From: an uncultured cyanobacterium
GTDB lineage: Bacteria > Cyanobacteriota > Cyanobacteriia > PCC-6307 > Cyanobiaceae
Direction: 5' to 3'
NCBI GenBank assembly: GCA_963765575.1
Contig: CAVXWZ010000011.1
Location: 384,001-448,000, forward strand
DNA length: 64,000 nt
A model generated the notes under the pieces. The model searched no databases, was not told the DNA's origin, and saw nothing but the letters and a program-made list of their open reading frames with translations. Of the stretch, positions 35,017 through 44,842 are shown piece after piece. The translations under genes were made by a program, and so were the position numbers. The stretch's first letter is position 1. Each line of letters begins with the position of its first letter.

Positions 35017-35478
35017 ATGGATCAGCACTGCCACTGCTTCGCCTTTGAGTCGGATTTCGTCGCAGACCTGCGCTGCCTGCCGATGGCGGTGCGGCGCAAG
35101 CTCGACCTGGCCGGGGTGAAACTGCGCCTGCAGCAGTGGAATGCCCTCTCGGCGGAGGAGCGCGGCCGCGTGCTCGCCTGGGCTGATGCCCCTGCCGCCA
35201 TCGATGACCTGCGCGGCTGGCTGCTGGCGCGGAGCGCGGAGCTGCCCGGGGGTGCGGCCCGCACCATGGCACCGGCTTCAGACACGGCCTGGCAGCAGGG
35301 TGAGGCCCCCCCGGAGGTGCTGCTGCGCTCCTGCGCGGAGCTGGCCCTGCCCTGGCGGGCGGAGCGCTGGCCGGCGCTGAGCGAACTGCAGCGCTTTGCC
35401 CTGGTGAAGCTGAGCCATCCGGGCCACGAACACCGCAACCTGCCTCGCGCCCTGGCGGAGTTCGACCTCCTGGCCTGA
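35017..35478 (+). CDS. narM: Nitrate reductase associated protein
   Basis: FESDF...LRCLPMAVRRKLDLAGVKL...LQRFALVKL...HEHRNLP; next to narB. Confidence 0.9.
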   Translation: MDQHCHCFAFESDFVADLRCLPMAVRRKLDLAGVKLRLQQWNALSAEERGRVLAWADAPAAIDDLRGWLLARSAELPGGAARTMAPASDTAWQQGEAPPEVLLRSCAELALPWRAERWPALSELQRFALVKLSHPGHEHRNLPRALAEFDLLA

Positions 35479-35608
35479 ACCAGCAGTGCCGACCGCTCTG
35501 GACAAACGGTGTCAACCGCTACGTTTGATGTGCAGATCCCTTGCTGACACTCCCCCGCCGGCAGGGATCTCCTAGGACGTGAGCGAAGGCACCCACGGGA
35601 GATGCGCC

Positions 35609-36013
35609 ATGGCCGGGGCCAGCACCGCGACGCCCAGCGTCTATCCCCTCCACTTCGACGGCAGCTTCGCTGACTTCAAGGAGCGGCAACTGGTGTTCGA
35701 GCTGGTGCGCCAGCTGGCCGATGCCCAGTTCCGCCGCGCTGACCGGCGACGCAGTGAGCGGCTGTGGCGGGAAGTGGCGGTGGCAGGCATGGATCCCGAG
35801 CGCATCACCGCCCTGCTCTACGGGGGGCACGACCCCAGCGACAGCGTGGAGCTGGAAGCGCTCGACCGTCCCTATCGCCAGCGGGCGCAGCAGGCGGCCC
35901 GCCTGGCCCGCTCGCCCTTCGCCCGCCTGGTCAACCTCGGCCGCCGACGCCCAGCGGCCGGTCACCCTGGTGCTCCGCGAGCTGCCGTTCCAGCCGGGCG
36001 GGGAGCTCGCTGA
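35609..36013 (+). CDS. Hypothetical protein
   Basis: Protein-like ORF with host codon usage, convergent on narB. Confidence 0.6.
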   Translation: MAGASTATPSVYPLHFDGSFADFKERQLVFELVRQLADAQFRRADRRRSERLWREVAVAGMDPERITALLYGGHDPSDSVELEALDRPYRQRAQQAARLARSPFARLVNLGRRRPAAGHPGAPRAAVPAGRGAR

Positions 36014-38177
36014 GGGGTTCCACCGCCACGGCGGCGGCCTTGAGTTCGGGCTGGCCGGAGAGGGGGCAGGCGAGCTCGTGAAGCAAGCGGTTGGCCTCAC
36101 AGGCCGTGTCCTGGCCAGCGCCCCAGTGCATCGGTAGGAACACCGTGCCCGTTCGGATGTCCTCGCTGCAGCGCACGCGGGCCGTGACGCGGCCGCGGCG
36201 GGAGCTGATCGCAGCGATCTCGCCATCGACCACCCCCGCTGCACCGGCATCGCTGGGGTGAATCTCGAGCAGCGGCTCGCTGTGCATGGTCTGCAGCCGT
36301 TTCACCTTGCCCGTGCGGGTCATGGTGTGCCACTGGCCCAGGTAGCGCCCCACGGTGAGCACCAAAGGAAAGCTGTGGCAGGGAGCCTCAGCGAGGCCCA
36401 GGGGCTGGTCAGCCTGGAAGCGGGCAGCCCCTCCCGGAGCGGGGAAGTGCTGGTCGGTGTAGAGCCGCGCCGCGCCTCCGCCCGGGGCGGTGCCGCTGGC
36501 GAAGGGCCACTGCTGGGGCCCGTGCTGGCGCAACAGCCCATGGCTCAGCCCAGAGCTGTCACACACCCGGCCGGCGGTGAGGCCAGCGAACTCGGCGTAG
36601 ACAGACGCGGCGGAGGGAAAGGCGAACGGCCCCTGGTGGCCCAGGCGCCGACCCACCTCCGCAAACACCTCCCAGTCGGGGCGGGCCTGGCCCGGTGGCG
36701 TGCGAAAAGCGGGACAGAAGGTGACCCGGCGCTCCGAGTTCACCATCACGCCATCCTTCTCGCTCCACTGGGCGGCGGGCAGCAGCAGATGGGCCATGGC
36801 GGCGGTCTCGGTGCCGGCGTAGGCCTCGCTCACCACAATGAATGGGCAGTTGGCCATGGCGGCCCGCACCCGATCCAGGTTGGGCATGCTCACCAGGGGG
36901 TTGGTCGCCGCGACCCACCAGATGTCGAGTTGACCTGCCTCCATGGCCTCCACCTGTTGCCAGGCTGTGAGGCCGGGTTCGGCGGCAATCGAGCCTGGCG
37001 CGAATCCCCAGGCCTGCTCCACCACGGCGCGATGCTCGGCAACCTTGACGTTGCGGTATCCCGGCAGCAGATGGGCCAGCCCGCCCGCCTCGCGGCCGCC
37101 CATGGCGTTGGGCTGGCCGGTGAGGGAAAAGGGTCCGGCGCCGGGCTTGCCGATCTGGCCGGTGAGCAGGTGCAGGTTGATCAGCCCCCCCACCGTGGCG
37201 GTGCCTTCGCGGGACTGGTTCACCCCCATCGACCAGAGGCTCAGCAGGGCCCGGCTGCGTGCCCACACCGCTGCGGCCGCGCCCAGATCGTCCTCCGTGA
37301 TGCCGCAGAGCCGGGCCACCCGTTCCGGGGTCCAGTCGCGCAGGATCTCCGCGTAGGCGGAGAAGCCCACGGTGGCGTCCTCGATGAAGGCCTCGTGCAG
37401 GGCCCTGTGATGACGCCGCAGCAGCAGGTGGCCGATGCCGTGGAGGAGCACCAGGTCGGTGCCGGGCCGGATCGCCAGATGCAGATCGGCGATGGCGCTG
37501 GTGGCGGTGCGGCGTGGGTCCACCACCACCACCTGCAGGTCTTCGGCGCGGCGCCGCTTGCGGTGGCGCTTGGCGAGCCGCTGGAACAGCACCGGATGGC
37601 ACTCGGCCAGGTTGGTGCCGATCAGGAAGGCGCCGTCGCAGAGATCCAGGTCGTCGTAGCAGCAGGGGGGGCCATCGGAGCCCAGGCTGCGGGCATAGCC
37701 CGCCACCGCAGAACTCATGCACAGCCGTGAATTGGCATCGAAGTTGTTGCTGCCGATCGCCCCCTTGATCAGTTTCTGGGCAACGTAATAGTCCTCCGTG
37801 TGGAACTGGCCGGAGCCATACATGGCGATGGCGCCCGGGCCGCGGCGAGCCAGGGCGGAGCGGATCTGGGCGACGATGCGCGCCAACGCCGAATCCCAGC
37901 CGATCGGGGTGAAGGGCTCCGCCAGCGAGGGGCGCCAGAGGGGCTGGGTGAGCCGGCCTCGCTGGAGGGTTTCGGTGACGGTGGCCCCTTTGATGCACAC
38001 CTGCCCCAGGCTGGAGGGGTGCTGGCGGTCCCCCCGGGCGCCCCAGATCGGCACGCCGTCCCCATCCCTGCGGGTGGCTGCCCCCTTGGCCGCTGGAGGG
38101 AGCAGCTCCAGACCGCAGCCCACACCGCAATAGGGGCATTGGGACCGGGCAGTGCCGTTGTCGAGGGGGGAGGCCAT
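35931..38177 (-). CDS. narB: Ferredoxin-dependent assimilatory nitrate reductase
   Basis: CPYCGVGC, CIKG, NSRLCMSS, SLTGQPNAMGGRE, QWHTMTRTG, QPELK. Confidence 0.96.
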   Translation of the reverse strand: MASPLDNGTARSQCPYCGVGCGLELLPPAAKGAATRRDGDGVPIWGARGDRQHPSSLGQVCIKGATVTETLQRGRLTQPLWRPSLAEPFTPIGWDSALARIVAQIRSALARRGPGAIAMYGSGQFHTEDYYVAQKLIKGAIGSNNFDANSRLCMSSAVAGYARSLGSDGPPCCYDDLDLCDGAFLIGTNLAECHPVLFQRLAKRHRKRRRAEDLQVVVVDPRRTATSAIADLHLAIRPGTDLVLLHGIGHLLLRRHHRALHEAFIEDATVGFSAYAEILRDWTPERVARLCGITEDDLGAAAAVWARSRALLSLWSMGVNQSREGTATVGGLINLHLLTGQIGKPGAGPFSLTGQPNAMGGREAGGLAHLLPGYRNVKVAEHRAVVEQAWGFAPGSIAAEPGLTAWQQVEAMEAGQLDIWWVAATNPLVSMPNLDRVRAAMANCPFIVVSEAYAGTETAAMAHLLLPAAQWSEKDGVMVNSERRVTFCPAFRTPPGQARPDWEVFAEVGRRLGHQGPFAFPSAASVYAEFAGLTAGRVCDSSGLSHGLLRQHGPQQWPFASGTAPGGGAARLYTDQHFPAPGGAARFQADQPLGLAEAPCHSFPLVLTVGRYLGQWHTMTRTGKVKRLQTMHSEPLLEIHPSDAGAAGVVDGEIAAISSRRGRVTARVRCSEDIRTGTVFLPMHWGAGQDTACEANRLLHELACPLSGQPELKAAAVAVEPLSELPARLERQLAEHQGDRPLGVGGRG

Positions 38178-38196
38178 GGCAACCAGGGCTGGGGTC

Positions 38197-39753
38197 TCAG
38201 CTGAATGCCACGGCTGGCTCGTCTTCTCCCTCGTGGAAGTCGTCGAAGGATCCCTTGGGCTCCTTGAGGAAGACGTAGCAGAGAATGCCCACAATCAGTC
38301 CGGCGATACCAAGCATCTGGAAGTAGGCACTGTTGGCGGCGGCAATCACCTCCGGGGAGGGGTCGCTGCCGCCGCCCAGCCACATCGGCAGCAGGCTGTA
38401 GATCGTCAGGTAGGCCACCGCACCCACGTTGCCGTAGGCGCCCACCAGGCCGGCGATCTGCCCGGTGACCCGGCGCTTCACCAGGGGCACCATGGCGAAG
38501 CTGGAGCCCTCTCCGGCCTGCACGAAGAAGGAGCAGGTCATGGTGATCAGCAAGGCCACCACAATGCCGATGGTGCCCGTGAAGGAGCCAGGTCTGATCA
38601 GGCTCATCAGCAGATAGCCGATGCCCAGCCCGATGGTGAGGAATCCCATGGTCTTCTTGCGGGAACCAAGCTTGTCGGAGAGCAAGCCACCGCCCGGCCG
38701 TGCCACGAGGTTCACGAAGGCGAAGGCTGCGGCCAGCACCCCAGCCAGGGCCTTGGGCAGTGAGAAGGTGGTTTCAAAGAATTCAGGCAGCATCGAAACC
38801 ACGGCAATCTCAGAGCCGAAATTAACGATGTAGGTGAGCTCAAGGATAGCCACCTGTTTGAATTCATAGCGATCTTTTTTCGGATAGCTCTTGCGGCCGG
38901 CGAGCAGATCCTTGTTGGTGCGGATGATGCCAAGGGTCTGGGATATGAAGAAAGCCAGCACCAGCAGAAGCGCGATGGTGTAGCCGCTGGAGTTGAGGAA
39001 GCCCACCTTCTGCAGGCGCCAGGCCAGCACGGCGAGGATCGCTGCGAAGGGCACATTCATGCCCAGCAGGCCCCAGAAATCCCGGATGCTGGTGACTTCA
39101 AGCCCAGCGGTCTTGGCGGGCCGCTGGTAGGCCTTGCCCGGTGGGGTATCGGAAACGTTGAAAAAGTAAAACACGCCATAAATTGCCGAGATGATGCCCG
39201 TCAGCGCGATCGCCAGACGCCAGTTGAGCACCACATCGCCAATTTGCACGCCGCCGGAGAAGGACAGCCAGCCCGCCAGCGTTACCAGGGTGAGGGCGGA
39301 GAAGGCGGATCCGAAGTTGCCCCAGCCTCCATAGATCCCTTCGGCGAGGCCGATCTCCTTGGGGGGGAACCATTCCGCCACCATGCGGATGCCGATCACA
39401 AAGCCGGCGCCAACGATCGAGAGCAGCAGCCTGGCGATCACCAGCTGGTTGAAGTTTTGGGCAGAGGCAAACATCAGGCAGGGAATCGCCGCATACACCA
39501 GCAGAGTGGAGTATGTGAAGCGGGGTCCATACTTATCGAGAAGCATGCCGATGATGATGCGCGCCGGCACCGTGAGGGCCACGTTGCAGATGGCCACCGT
39601 GCGGATCTGGGCGACGCTCAGCCCCAGGTCGGCCTTGACCGTGGTGGCGAGGGGCGCGAGGTTGAACCAGACAACGAAGGTAAGAAAAAATGCAAACCAG
39701 GTGAGATGCAGAGTCTTGTATCTCCCCTGGAAGGACCAGAGTTCGCCAAGCAT
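38197..39753 (-). CDS. nrtP: NarK/NRT2-family nitrate/nitrite permease
   Basis: Multi-TM MFS protein; GAGFVIGIRMVAEWF, GGWGNFG, ARPGGG, GLVGAYGNVG. Confidence 0.95.
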   Translation of the reverse strand: MLGELWSFQGRYKTLHLTWFAFFLTFVVWFNLAPLATTVKADLGLSVAQIRTVAICNVALTVPARIIIGMLLDKYGPRFTYSTLLVYAAIPCLMFASAQNFNQLVIARLLLSIVGAGFVIGIRMVAEWFPPKEIGLAEGIYGGWGNFGSAFSALTLVTLAGWLSFSGGVQIGDVVLNWRLAIALTGIISAIYGVFYFFNVSDTPPGKAYQRPAKTAGLEVTSIRDFWGLLGMNVPFAAILAVLAWRLQKVGFLNSSGYTIALLLVLAFFISQTLGIIRTNKDLLAGRKSYPKKDRYEFKQVAILELTYIVNFGSEIAVVSMLPEFFETTFSLPKALAGVLAAAFAFVNLVARPGGGLLSDKLGSRKKTMGFLTIGLGIGYLLMSLIRPGSFTGTIGIVVALLITMTCSFFVQAGEGSSFAMVPLVKRRVTGQIAGLVGAYGNVGAVAYLTIYSLLPMWLGGGSDPSPEVIAAANSAYFQMLGIAGLIVGILCYVFLKEPKGSFDDFHEGEDEPAVAFS

Positions 39754-39868
39754 GAAGACAGAATTCCTTGTTTAGGACTCTGGCTTCAAGAAGGGGAGAG
39801 CCGCGGTCTGGTTGCGGCGCCACATGCAGACCGCTCTTAAATCACATCATGAAGTGATTGTTGGCACT

Positions 39869-39882
39869 GTTCATTTCGCTAC
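39869..39882 (-). promoter_or_regulatory. Putative NtcA box upstream of nrtP
   Basis: Minus strand GTAGCGAAATGAAC (GTA-N8-AAC, one mismatch to GTA-N8-TAC). Confidence 0.55.
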
Positions 39883-39892
39883 GGATCCGACC

Positions 39893-40537
39893 ATGGCCAG
39901 CCTTTGTCGGCTCCCCACCACCGTGCGCTGCTGCCTGCTGAGTGGTGGCCAAAGCCGGCGCATGGGCGTGGACAAGGCCCTGCTGCGGCATGCCGGCGGT
40001 GGCACCTGGCTGGAGGCCACGCTGCTGCTGCTGGCGGAGCTGGGGGTTCCGCTCACCCTGCTCAGTGGCCATGCCGCCCACATGGACATCGCCGCAGGCC
40101 TGGCTCCCCGGCTGCCGGTGCCGCTGGCGGCCATCAACGAACCGCTGCCCCATGGGGGGCCGCTGCTCGCCCTGGGGCGGCTGATGGAGCGCTACCCGGA
40201 TGCCTTGCTGCTGCTCTGCCCGGTGGACATGCCTGCCCTGGATCAGAACTGTCTGCTGCGCTTGCTGGAGGTGGCCCTGGCCGAGCCCGCCAGCATCCAT
40301 GTGGCCCACGACGGTCGGCGCCGCCAACCGCTGCTGGGCGTCTACCCCGCCAGCCCCGAGCATCGCTGCAGCCTGGCGGCCAGCCTGGGCGCCGGCAATC
40401 GGGCCCTGCAGGGCTGGCTGGAGCAGGAGGGCTGCATCCCGGTGCCGCTGCCGGCGGCGGCGCTGCGCAACGTCAACCACCCGGGCGAACTGGGCGGGCC
40501 GGAACCCCCCGGATCCTCCCCGGCCGCGCAAGCATGA
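39893..40537 (+). CDS. mobA: Molybdenum cofactor guanylyltransferase
   Basis: LSGGQSRRMGVDKA, GPL, PVDMP, QPL, NVN. Confidence 0.9.
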   Translation: MASLCRLPTTVRCCLLSGGQSRRMGVDKALLRHAGGGTWLEATLLLLAELGVPLTLLSGHAAHMDIAAGLAPRLPVPLAAINEPLPHGGPLLALGRLMERYPDALLLLCPVDMPALDQNCLLRLLEVALAEPASIHVAHDGRRRQPLLGVYPASPEHRCSLAASLGAGNRALQGWLEQEGCIPVPLPAAALRNVNHPGELGGPEPPGSSPAAQA

Positions 40538-40541
40538 GCGG

Positions 40542-41630
40542 ATGGCGACGATCCCGGTGCCCCCCACGCTCCCGCCGCTCGACCGCCACGGCCGTCCGCT
40601 GGGCGTGCTGCGGCTCTCGCTCACGGCGCGCTGCAACCTCGCCTGCCCCTACTGCTGTCCCGACAGCCACGACCCACCGGGGCTGCTGAACCTGGCCGAA
40701 CGCCGCCTGGTGGTGGACACCGCCGTGGGTCTCGGGGCCCACACGCTGCGGCTCACGGGCGGCGAACCCCTGCTCTCCAGCCAGCTCGAAGCGCTGGTCG
40801 CCGCTGTGCGCCCGCTGCCGGGGCTGCGCCAGATCGCCCTCACCACCAATGGTGTGTTGCTCGACGCCGCCCGGGCCCGCAGCCTCAAGGCGGCCGGTGT
40901 GGATCGCATCACCGTGAGCCTCGATGCGGCGGAGGGTTCCGTGGCCGCGCGCATGGCAGGCCTCAAGGGTGGCGCCGCCCAGGGGGAGGCCCTGCTCCAA
41001 CAGGTGCTCGCCGCCCTGGAGCATGGCCGGGCCGCGGGTTTCGACCCGGCGGCCGGCGCGCTCAAGCTGAATGCGGTGATCTGCCGGGGCCAGAACGACG
41101 ACCAGTTGCCCGGGTTGGCCCAGCTGGCCCGCGAGCTGGGCGTTGAACTGCGCCTGATCGAGTTCATGGACGTGGGCCACCGCAACGGCTGGCAGCCCGA
41201 ACGGGTGCTGCCCGCGGCCGCCATGGTGGAACGGATCGGGGCCCACTGGCCCCTGGAGCCCCTGGGCCGCAGCCCGCACGGCACCGCCGCCCGCTGGCGC
41301 TACCGCGACGGCCAGGGCCACCTGGCGGTGGTGGCCTCGATCAGCCAACCGTTCTGCGGCGATTGCAATCGCCTCAGGATCAGCGCCGATGGCATGGCCT
41401 ACACCTGCCTCTTCGCCACGGAGGGCACCGACCTTCGCCCCTGGCTGCGGCCCGCAGCGGCGAGTGGCCCGGATCGCCACGGCCTGGTGGCGGCCATGGC
41501 CGGGCTGTGGGGGCAGCGCCGGGACCGCTGGAGCGAGGAGCGGCAGCTGGCCGCAGAGCCGGAACGGCCCCAGGACAGCGAAGCGCCTTCGCTGGGCCGG
41601 CGCCGCGAAATGGCCTATCTCGGCGGCTGA
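40542..41630 (+). CDS. moaA: GTP 3',8-cyclase
   Basis: LRLSLTARCNLACPYC, LTGGEP, FCGDCNRLR, C-terminal LGG. Confidence 0.95.
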   Translation: MATIPVPPTLPPLDRHGRPLGVLRLSLTARCNLACPYCCPDSHDPPGLLNLAERRLVVDTAVGLGAHTLRLTGGEPLLSSQLEALVAAVRPLPGLRQIALTTNGVLLDAARARSLKAAGVDRITVSLDAAEGSVAARMAGLKGGAAQGEALLQQVLAALEHGRAAGFDPAAGALKLNAVICRGQNDDQLPGLAQLARELGVELRLIEFMDVGHRNGWQPERVLPAAAMVERIGAHWPLEPLGRSPHGTAARWRYRDGQGHLAVVASISQPFCGDCNRLRISADGMAYTCLFATEGTDLRPWLRPAAASGPDRHGLVAAMAGLWGQRRDRWSEERQLAAEPERPQDSEAPSLGRRREMAYLGG

Positions 41631-41642
41631 GACCGGGCTGCG

Positions 41643-42136
41643 TCAGAGCATCGAGCCCAGCAGCTTGCTGCTGGCGATCAGCAGCACCACGGCCAGCAGG
41701 CGGCGGATCCAGGGGGGTGGGATGGCACGGCTGCCGCACCAGGCACCGACCGCCCCGCTGGCCATCACCACCGCCGCCATCGGTGTGATCCATGCCGCTG
41801 GCGGCAGGACCGCTGGACCTGCCGCAGCACCAGGCCCAGCAGGGGCTGCAGTGCAACGGCGGGCAGGGTGATGGCGCCGCCGATGGCGGCCGCGGGCAGC
41901 GAGCCCATCAGCAGCGGCGGCAAGACACCGGCACGGAGATGGCCGGCACGGCGGAATTGCAGGGTGGCGAGGCTGGCAACGAGAACGTTGAGCACCAGCG
42001 CGATCGGTCGAATCGCATTGGCCTGGAAGCCGGCCAGCGCCAGCACGGCGATGTAGCCGGAGGCCCCGGCATGGCCCACGGTGGCGTAGAGACCGGCCAC
42101 CAGGGCCAGCCCCGGCAGCACCAAGGCCAGATTCAT
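41643..42136 (-). pseudogene. TauE/SafE (TSUP) family exporter with internal deletion and frame change
   Basis: N-terminus YATVGHAGASGY...LNVLV; C-terminus (GAWCGSR...IRRLLAVVLLIAS) in another frame after ~41825; central part missing. Confidence 0.7.
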
Positions 42137-42217
42137 GCCGTGAGCTGTGTCGAGGTCATTGTCAAGCGCTTTTGGCAACGCTCACTGGGGCATCGGTAGT
42201 TCGATGGCCAACGCCAT

Positions 42218-42253
42218 GGCAGTGGTATCGGCAGTGGTATCGGCAGTGGTATC
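42218..42253. repeat. 12-bp tandem repeat, 3 copies (GGCAGTGGTATC)
   Basis: Read directly in the intergenic region. Confidence 0.9.
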
Positions 42254-42421
42254 GCCGTAGCGATGGCCTTAGGGATGGCAATGGAGATGGGGAGGCCTGC
42301 GCAAGCCTGGCTCTCGAAGGCCACCATGGCCGGCACTTGGTGTGTTGGCTTGCCATCAGCAGCTGCGTGCCATTGTGCCGGGCCAGCTATGCGATAGGGT
42401 GCGGTGAGTTATTGAACTGCC

Positions 42422-42790
42422 ATGCTCACCGGTCCCGAACTGCTCGCAAAGGTCAAGGAACTCGGCGATGCCAGTAAATCCGAACTGGTGCGCGAGTGCG
42501 GTTACGTCAGCACCAAGAAGGACGGCACGGAACGCCTGAACTTCACCGCCTTCTATGAAGCGCTGCTGGAGGCCAAGGGTGTGAGCCTGGGCGACGGCGG
42601 TGGCCAGGGGCGTGGTAAGGGCGGCCGCAAGCTCAGCTACGTCACCAAGGTGCAGTTCAACGGCAACCTGCTGGTGGGCAAGGCCTACACCGCCCAGCTG
42701 GGCCTTGAGCCCGGCGATGAGTTTGAGATCAAGCTCGGCCGCAAGCAGATCCAGCTCCTCCCCATCGGCGGTGCCGTCGAAGACGAGTGA
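42422..42790 (+). CDS. Cyanobacterial AbrB-family transcription regulator
   Basis: LTGPELL, CGY, FYEALLEAKG, NGNLLVGKAYT, PGDEFEIKLGRKQI. Confidence 0.95.
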   Translation: MLTGPELLAKVKELGDASKSELVRECGYVSTKKDGTERLNFTAFYEALLEAKGVSLGDGGGQGRGKGGRKLSYVTKVQFNGNLLVGKAYTAQLGLEPGDEFEIKLGRKQIQLLPIGGAVEDE

Positions 42791-42861
42791 GGAGTCGGCG
42801 GCACCAGCCGCGATCGCTTGACCGCCCTGACGCCCCCCCAACTGTCCCTAGCTGCTCCCTC

Positions 42862-42887
42862 AGGCGCCCGAATCCGGGCGCCTTTTT
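42862..42887 (+). terminator. Rho-independent terminator of the AbrB gene
   Basis: AGGCGCCCG-AATC-CGGGCGCCT followed by a T run. Confidence 0.8.
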
Positions 42888-42940
42888 CATGGCCAGCGCT
42901 GTCCAGCTCCACCATGACCCCACTGCGCCGGGCCACCACC

Positions 42941-43306
42941 ATGCTGCTCACCACCACGCCCAGCCTTGAGGGCCGCCCCATCCGCCAGGTTCTCGGCCTG
43001 GTGCATGGCGAGACGATCCTGGGGGCCAACCTGTTCCGGGATCTGCTGGCCAGCCTGCGTGACATCGTGGGCGGACGGGCGCGTGCCTACGAATCAGCGC
43101 TGATCCGGGCCCGGGAGATGGCCCTGGACGAACTGCAGCATCGGGCCCGATTGCTGGGTGCCGATGCCGTGGTGGGCGTGCATCTCGACTATGAGGTGCT
43201 CGGCCGAGCTGGCGGCATGATGATGGTCTGCGCCACAGGCACGGCGGTGGACCTGATGCCGCAGCAGGCACCGCTCCTGCCGCCGCCACCGCTGCCGCCG
43301 TTTTGA
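42941..43306 (+). CDS. YbjQ (UPF0145) family protein
   Basis: LTTTP, GANLFRD, DIVGGR, GADAVVG, ATGTAV. Confidence 0.92.
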   Translation: MLLTTTPSLEGRPIRQVLGLVHGETILGANLFRDLLASLRDIVGGRARAYESALIRAREMALDELQHRARLLGADAVVGVHLDYEVLGRAGGMMMVCATGTAVDLMPQQAPLLPPPPLPPF

Positions 43307-43373
43307 TGGGCAGCCAGGGTCTGCGGCTGACGCTTGGATTGGCGCTGGGGCTGAGCGGCGCCCTTGGACAGAA

Positions 43374-43403
43374 CAAAGCCCGAGGCACGGGCCCCGGGCT
43401 TTG
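43374..43403 (-). terminator. Putative terminator hairpin
   Basis: CAAAGCCCG...CGGGCTTTG stem; T-rich tail on the minus strand. Confidence 0.5.
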
Positions 43404-43906
43404 CCACGCTCGACAGTCAGGATCGGGGTGAATCCCCGGATGGCTGTCTTGGCGATCGATCGGATCGTCAGATCTGGATGGCCAGATCTGTGGGTTCTTC
43501 AGTTGTGGGCGGAGCTGCGTGGCGATGGCCCTGGGGCCATGGCTCTAGCGGGGCTTCCCGTTTGGTCCGGGGCACCTGGGCCGGGGCCGTGAACGGTGCA
43601 ATGGACGGCGACTGTCTGACACGCCGGGGAAGCCAGGAATCCTTTGAGATTGTTGGAGCAGGGTCCGAACGTCAGTTCGCTCCTGGGTGCCGCTGGGGTG
43701 GGGTGTCGTCCATCACTGGTCCCTCCGAATCCCGATGACCACAGCATCCACCCGCCGGCCCTGAAGCGCAATCGGTGTTTATGCCTGCTGTGTCCACTGA
43801 TGCTGCCCGGATTCCCGCTGGGCTCGGTGCGATCCGTGCTGCGGTGCGATCCGTGCGGCGCGTGGTGCCACCATGGCGGCAGCAGGGCTGAGCTGGTGCT
43901 GAGCAC

Positions 43907-44842
43907 GTGAGGCGCCCCCCGGTAGAGCGGCGCCAGCAGATCCGCTCGGTGCGGCTGCGCAAGCAGGGAGGGGTCTTTCAGGCCGAAGAACTGCAGCGCT
44001 GGCATCGCCACTGGCGCGAGCCCTATCGCTTCATGCTGGCGATCCCCTGGCCGGGCTTTCTGCTGGCGATCGCGGCCAGTTACCTGCTCCTCAATCTCGC
44101 CTTCACGCTGCTCTATGCCCTCGACCTCGGCGGCATCGGCGGGATGCCCCAGGGCCAGCAGGCCACGCTGCTGGAAGCCTTTTTCTTCAGTGTTCAGACC
44201 CTGGGCTCAATCGGCTACGGGGTGCTGCACCCCACCAGCCTCTGGGTGAACCTGGTGGTCACGGTGGAGGCGTTGTTCGGGCTGCTGTTCATCGCCGTCA
44301 CCACCGGCCTGGCCTTTGCCCGCTTCTCCCGCAGCCGGGCCCGCCTGCGCTTCAGCCGTGTGGCCACGATCGAACCCTGGCAGGGCCACCCCACCCTCAC
44401 CTTCCGGGTGGCCAACGTGCGCCAGAACAGCCTGGTGGATGGCCGCATCCGCGCCTCCCTGGCCATCGATCAGGAGAGCGGTGAGGGGCGGTCGCTGCGC
44501 AGTGTGGTGCCCTTGACCCTGGTGCGCGACCAGTCGATCTCCTTCCAGCTGATGTGGACCGTGATGCACCGCATCGATCGCCACAGCCCCCTCTTCGCGC
44601 TGACTAGTGACGATCTGGAGCGGCGCCATGCCGAGATCCTGGTGGCCTTCCAGGGAATCGACGAGATCCTGCTGGCCCCGGTGCACTTCCGCTGCAGCTA
44701 CGGCAGCGGCGACCTGCGCTTCCAGGAGCAGTTCCGCGACATGGTGCGGATGGACGGGCCGGACAGCATCTGCCTCGATTTCAGCCGCTTCGATGAGACC
44801 GAATCCCTGGAGCGGCCAGCCGCTCCCGACCATGGGGGGTGA
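43907..44842 (+). CDS. Inward-rectifier potassium channel (KirBac)
   Basis: FFFSVQTLGSIGYG filter, FARFS, PTLTFR, WTVMH. Confidence 0.92.
   Translation: MRRPPVERRQQIRSVRLRKQGGVFQAEELQRWHRHWREPYRFMLAIPWPGFLLAIAASYLLLNLAFTLLYALDLGGIGGMPQGQQATLLEAFFFSVQTLGSIGYGVLHPTSLWVNLVVTVEALFGLLFIAVTTGLAFARFSRSRARLRFSRVATIEPWQGHPTLTFRVANVRQNSLVDGRIRASLAIDQESGEGRSLRSVVPLTLVRDQSISFQLMWTVMHRIDRHSPLFALTSDDLERRHAEILVAFQGIDEILLAPVHFRCSYGSGDLRFQEQFRDMVRMDGPDSICLDFSRFDETESLERPAAPDHGG

Noticed and set aside
42218..42253. Possible CRISPR-like repeats
   Set aside because: Contiguous 12-bp repeats with no spacers and no cas genes; no CRISPR array seen in the window.
42787..42795. GTGAGGAGT resembling the Yfr1/Yfr2 sRNA motif
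   Set aside because: Only 9 nt, overlaps the AbrB stop, and lacks the rest of the motif.
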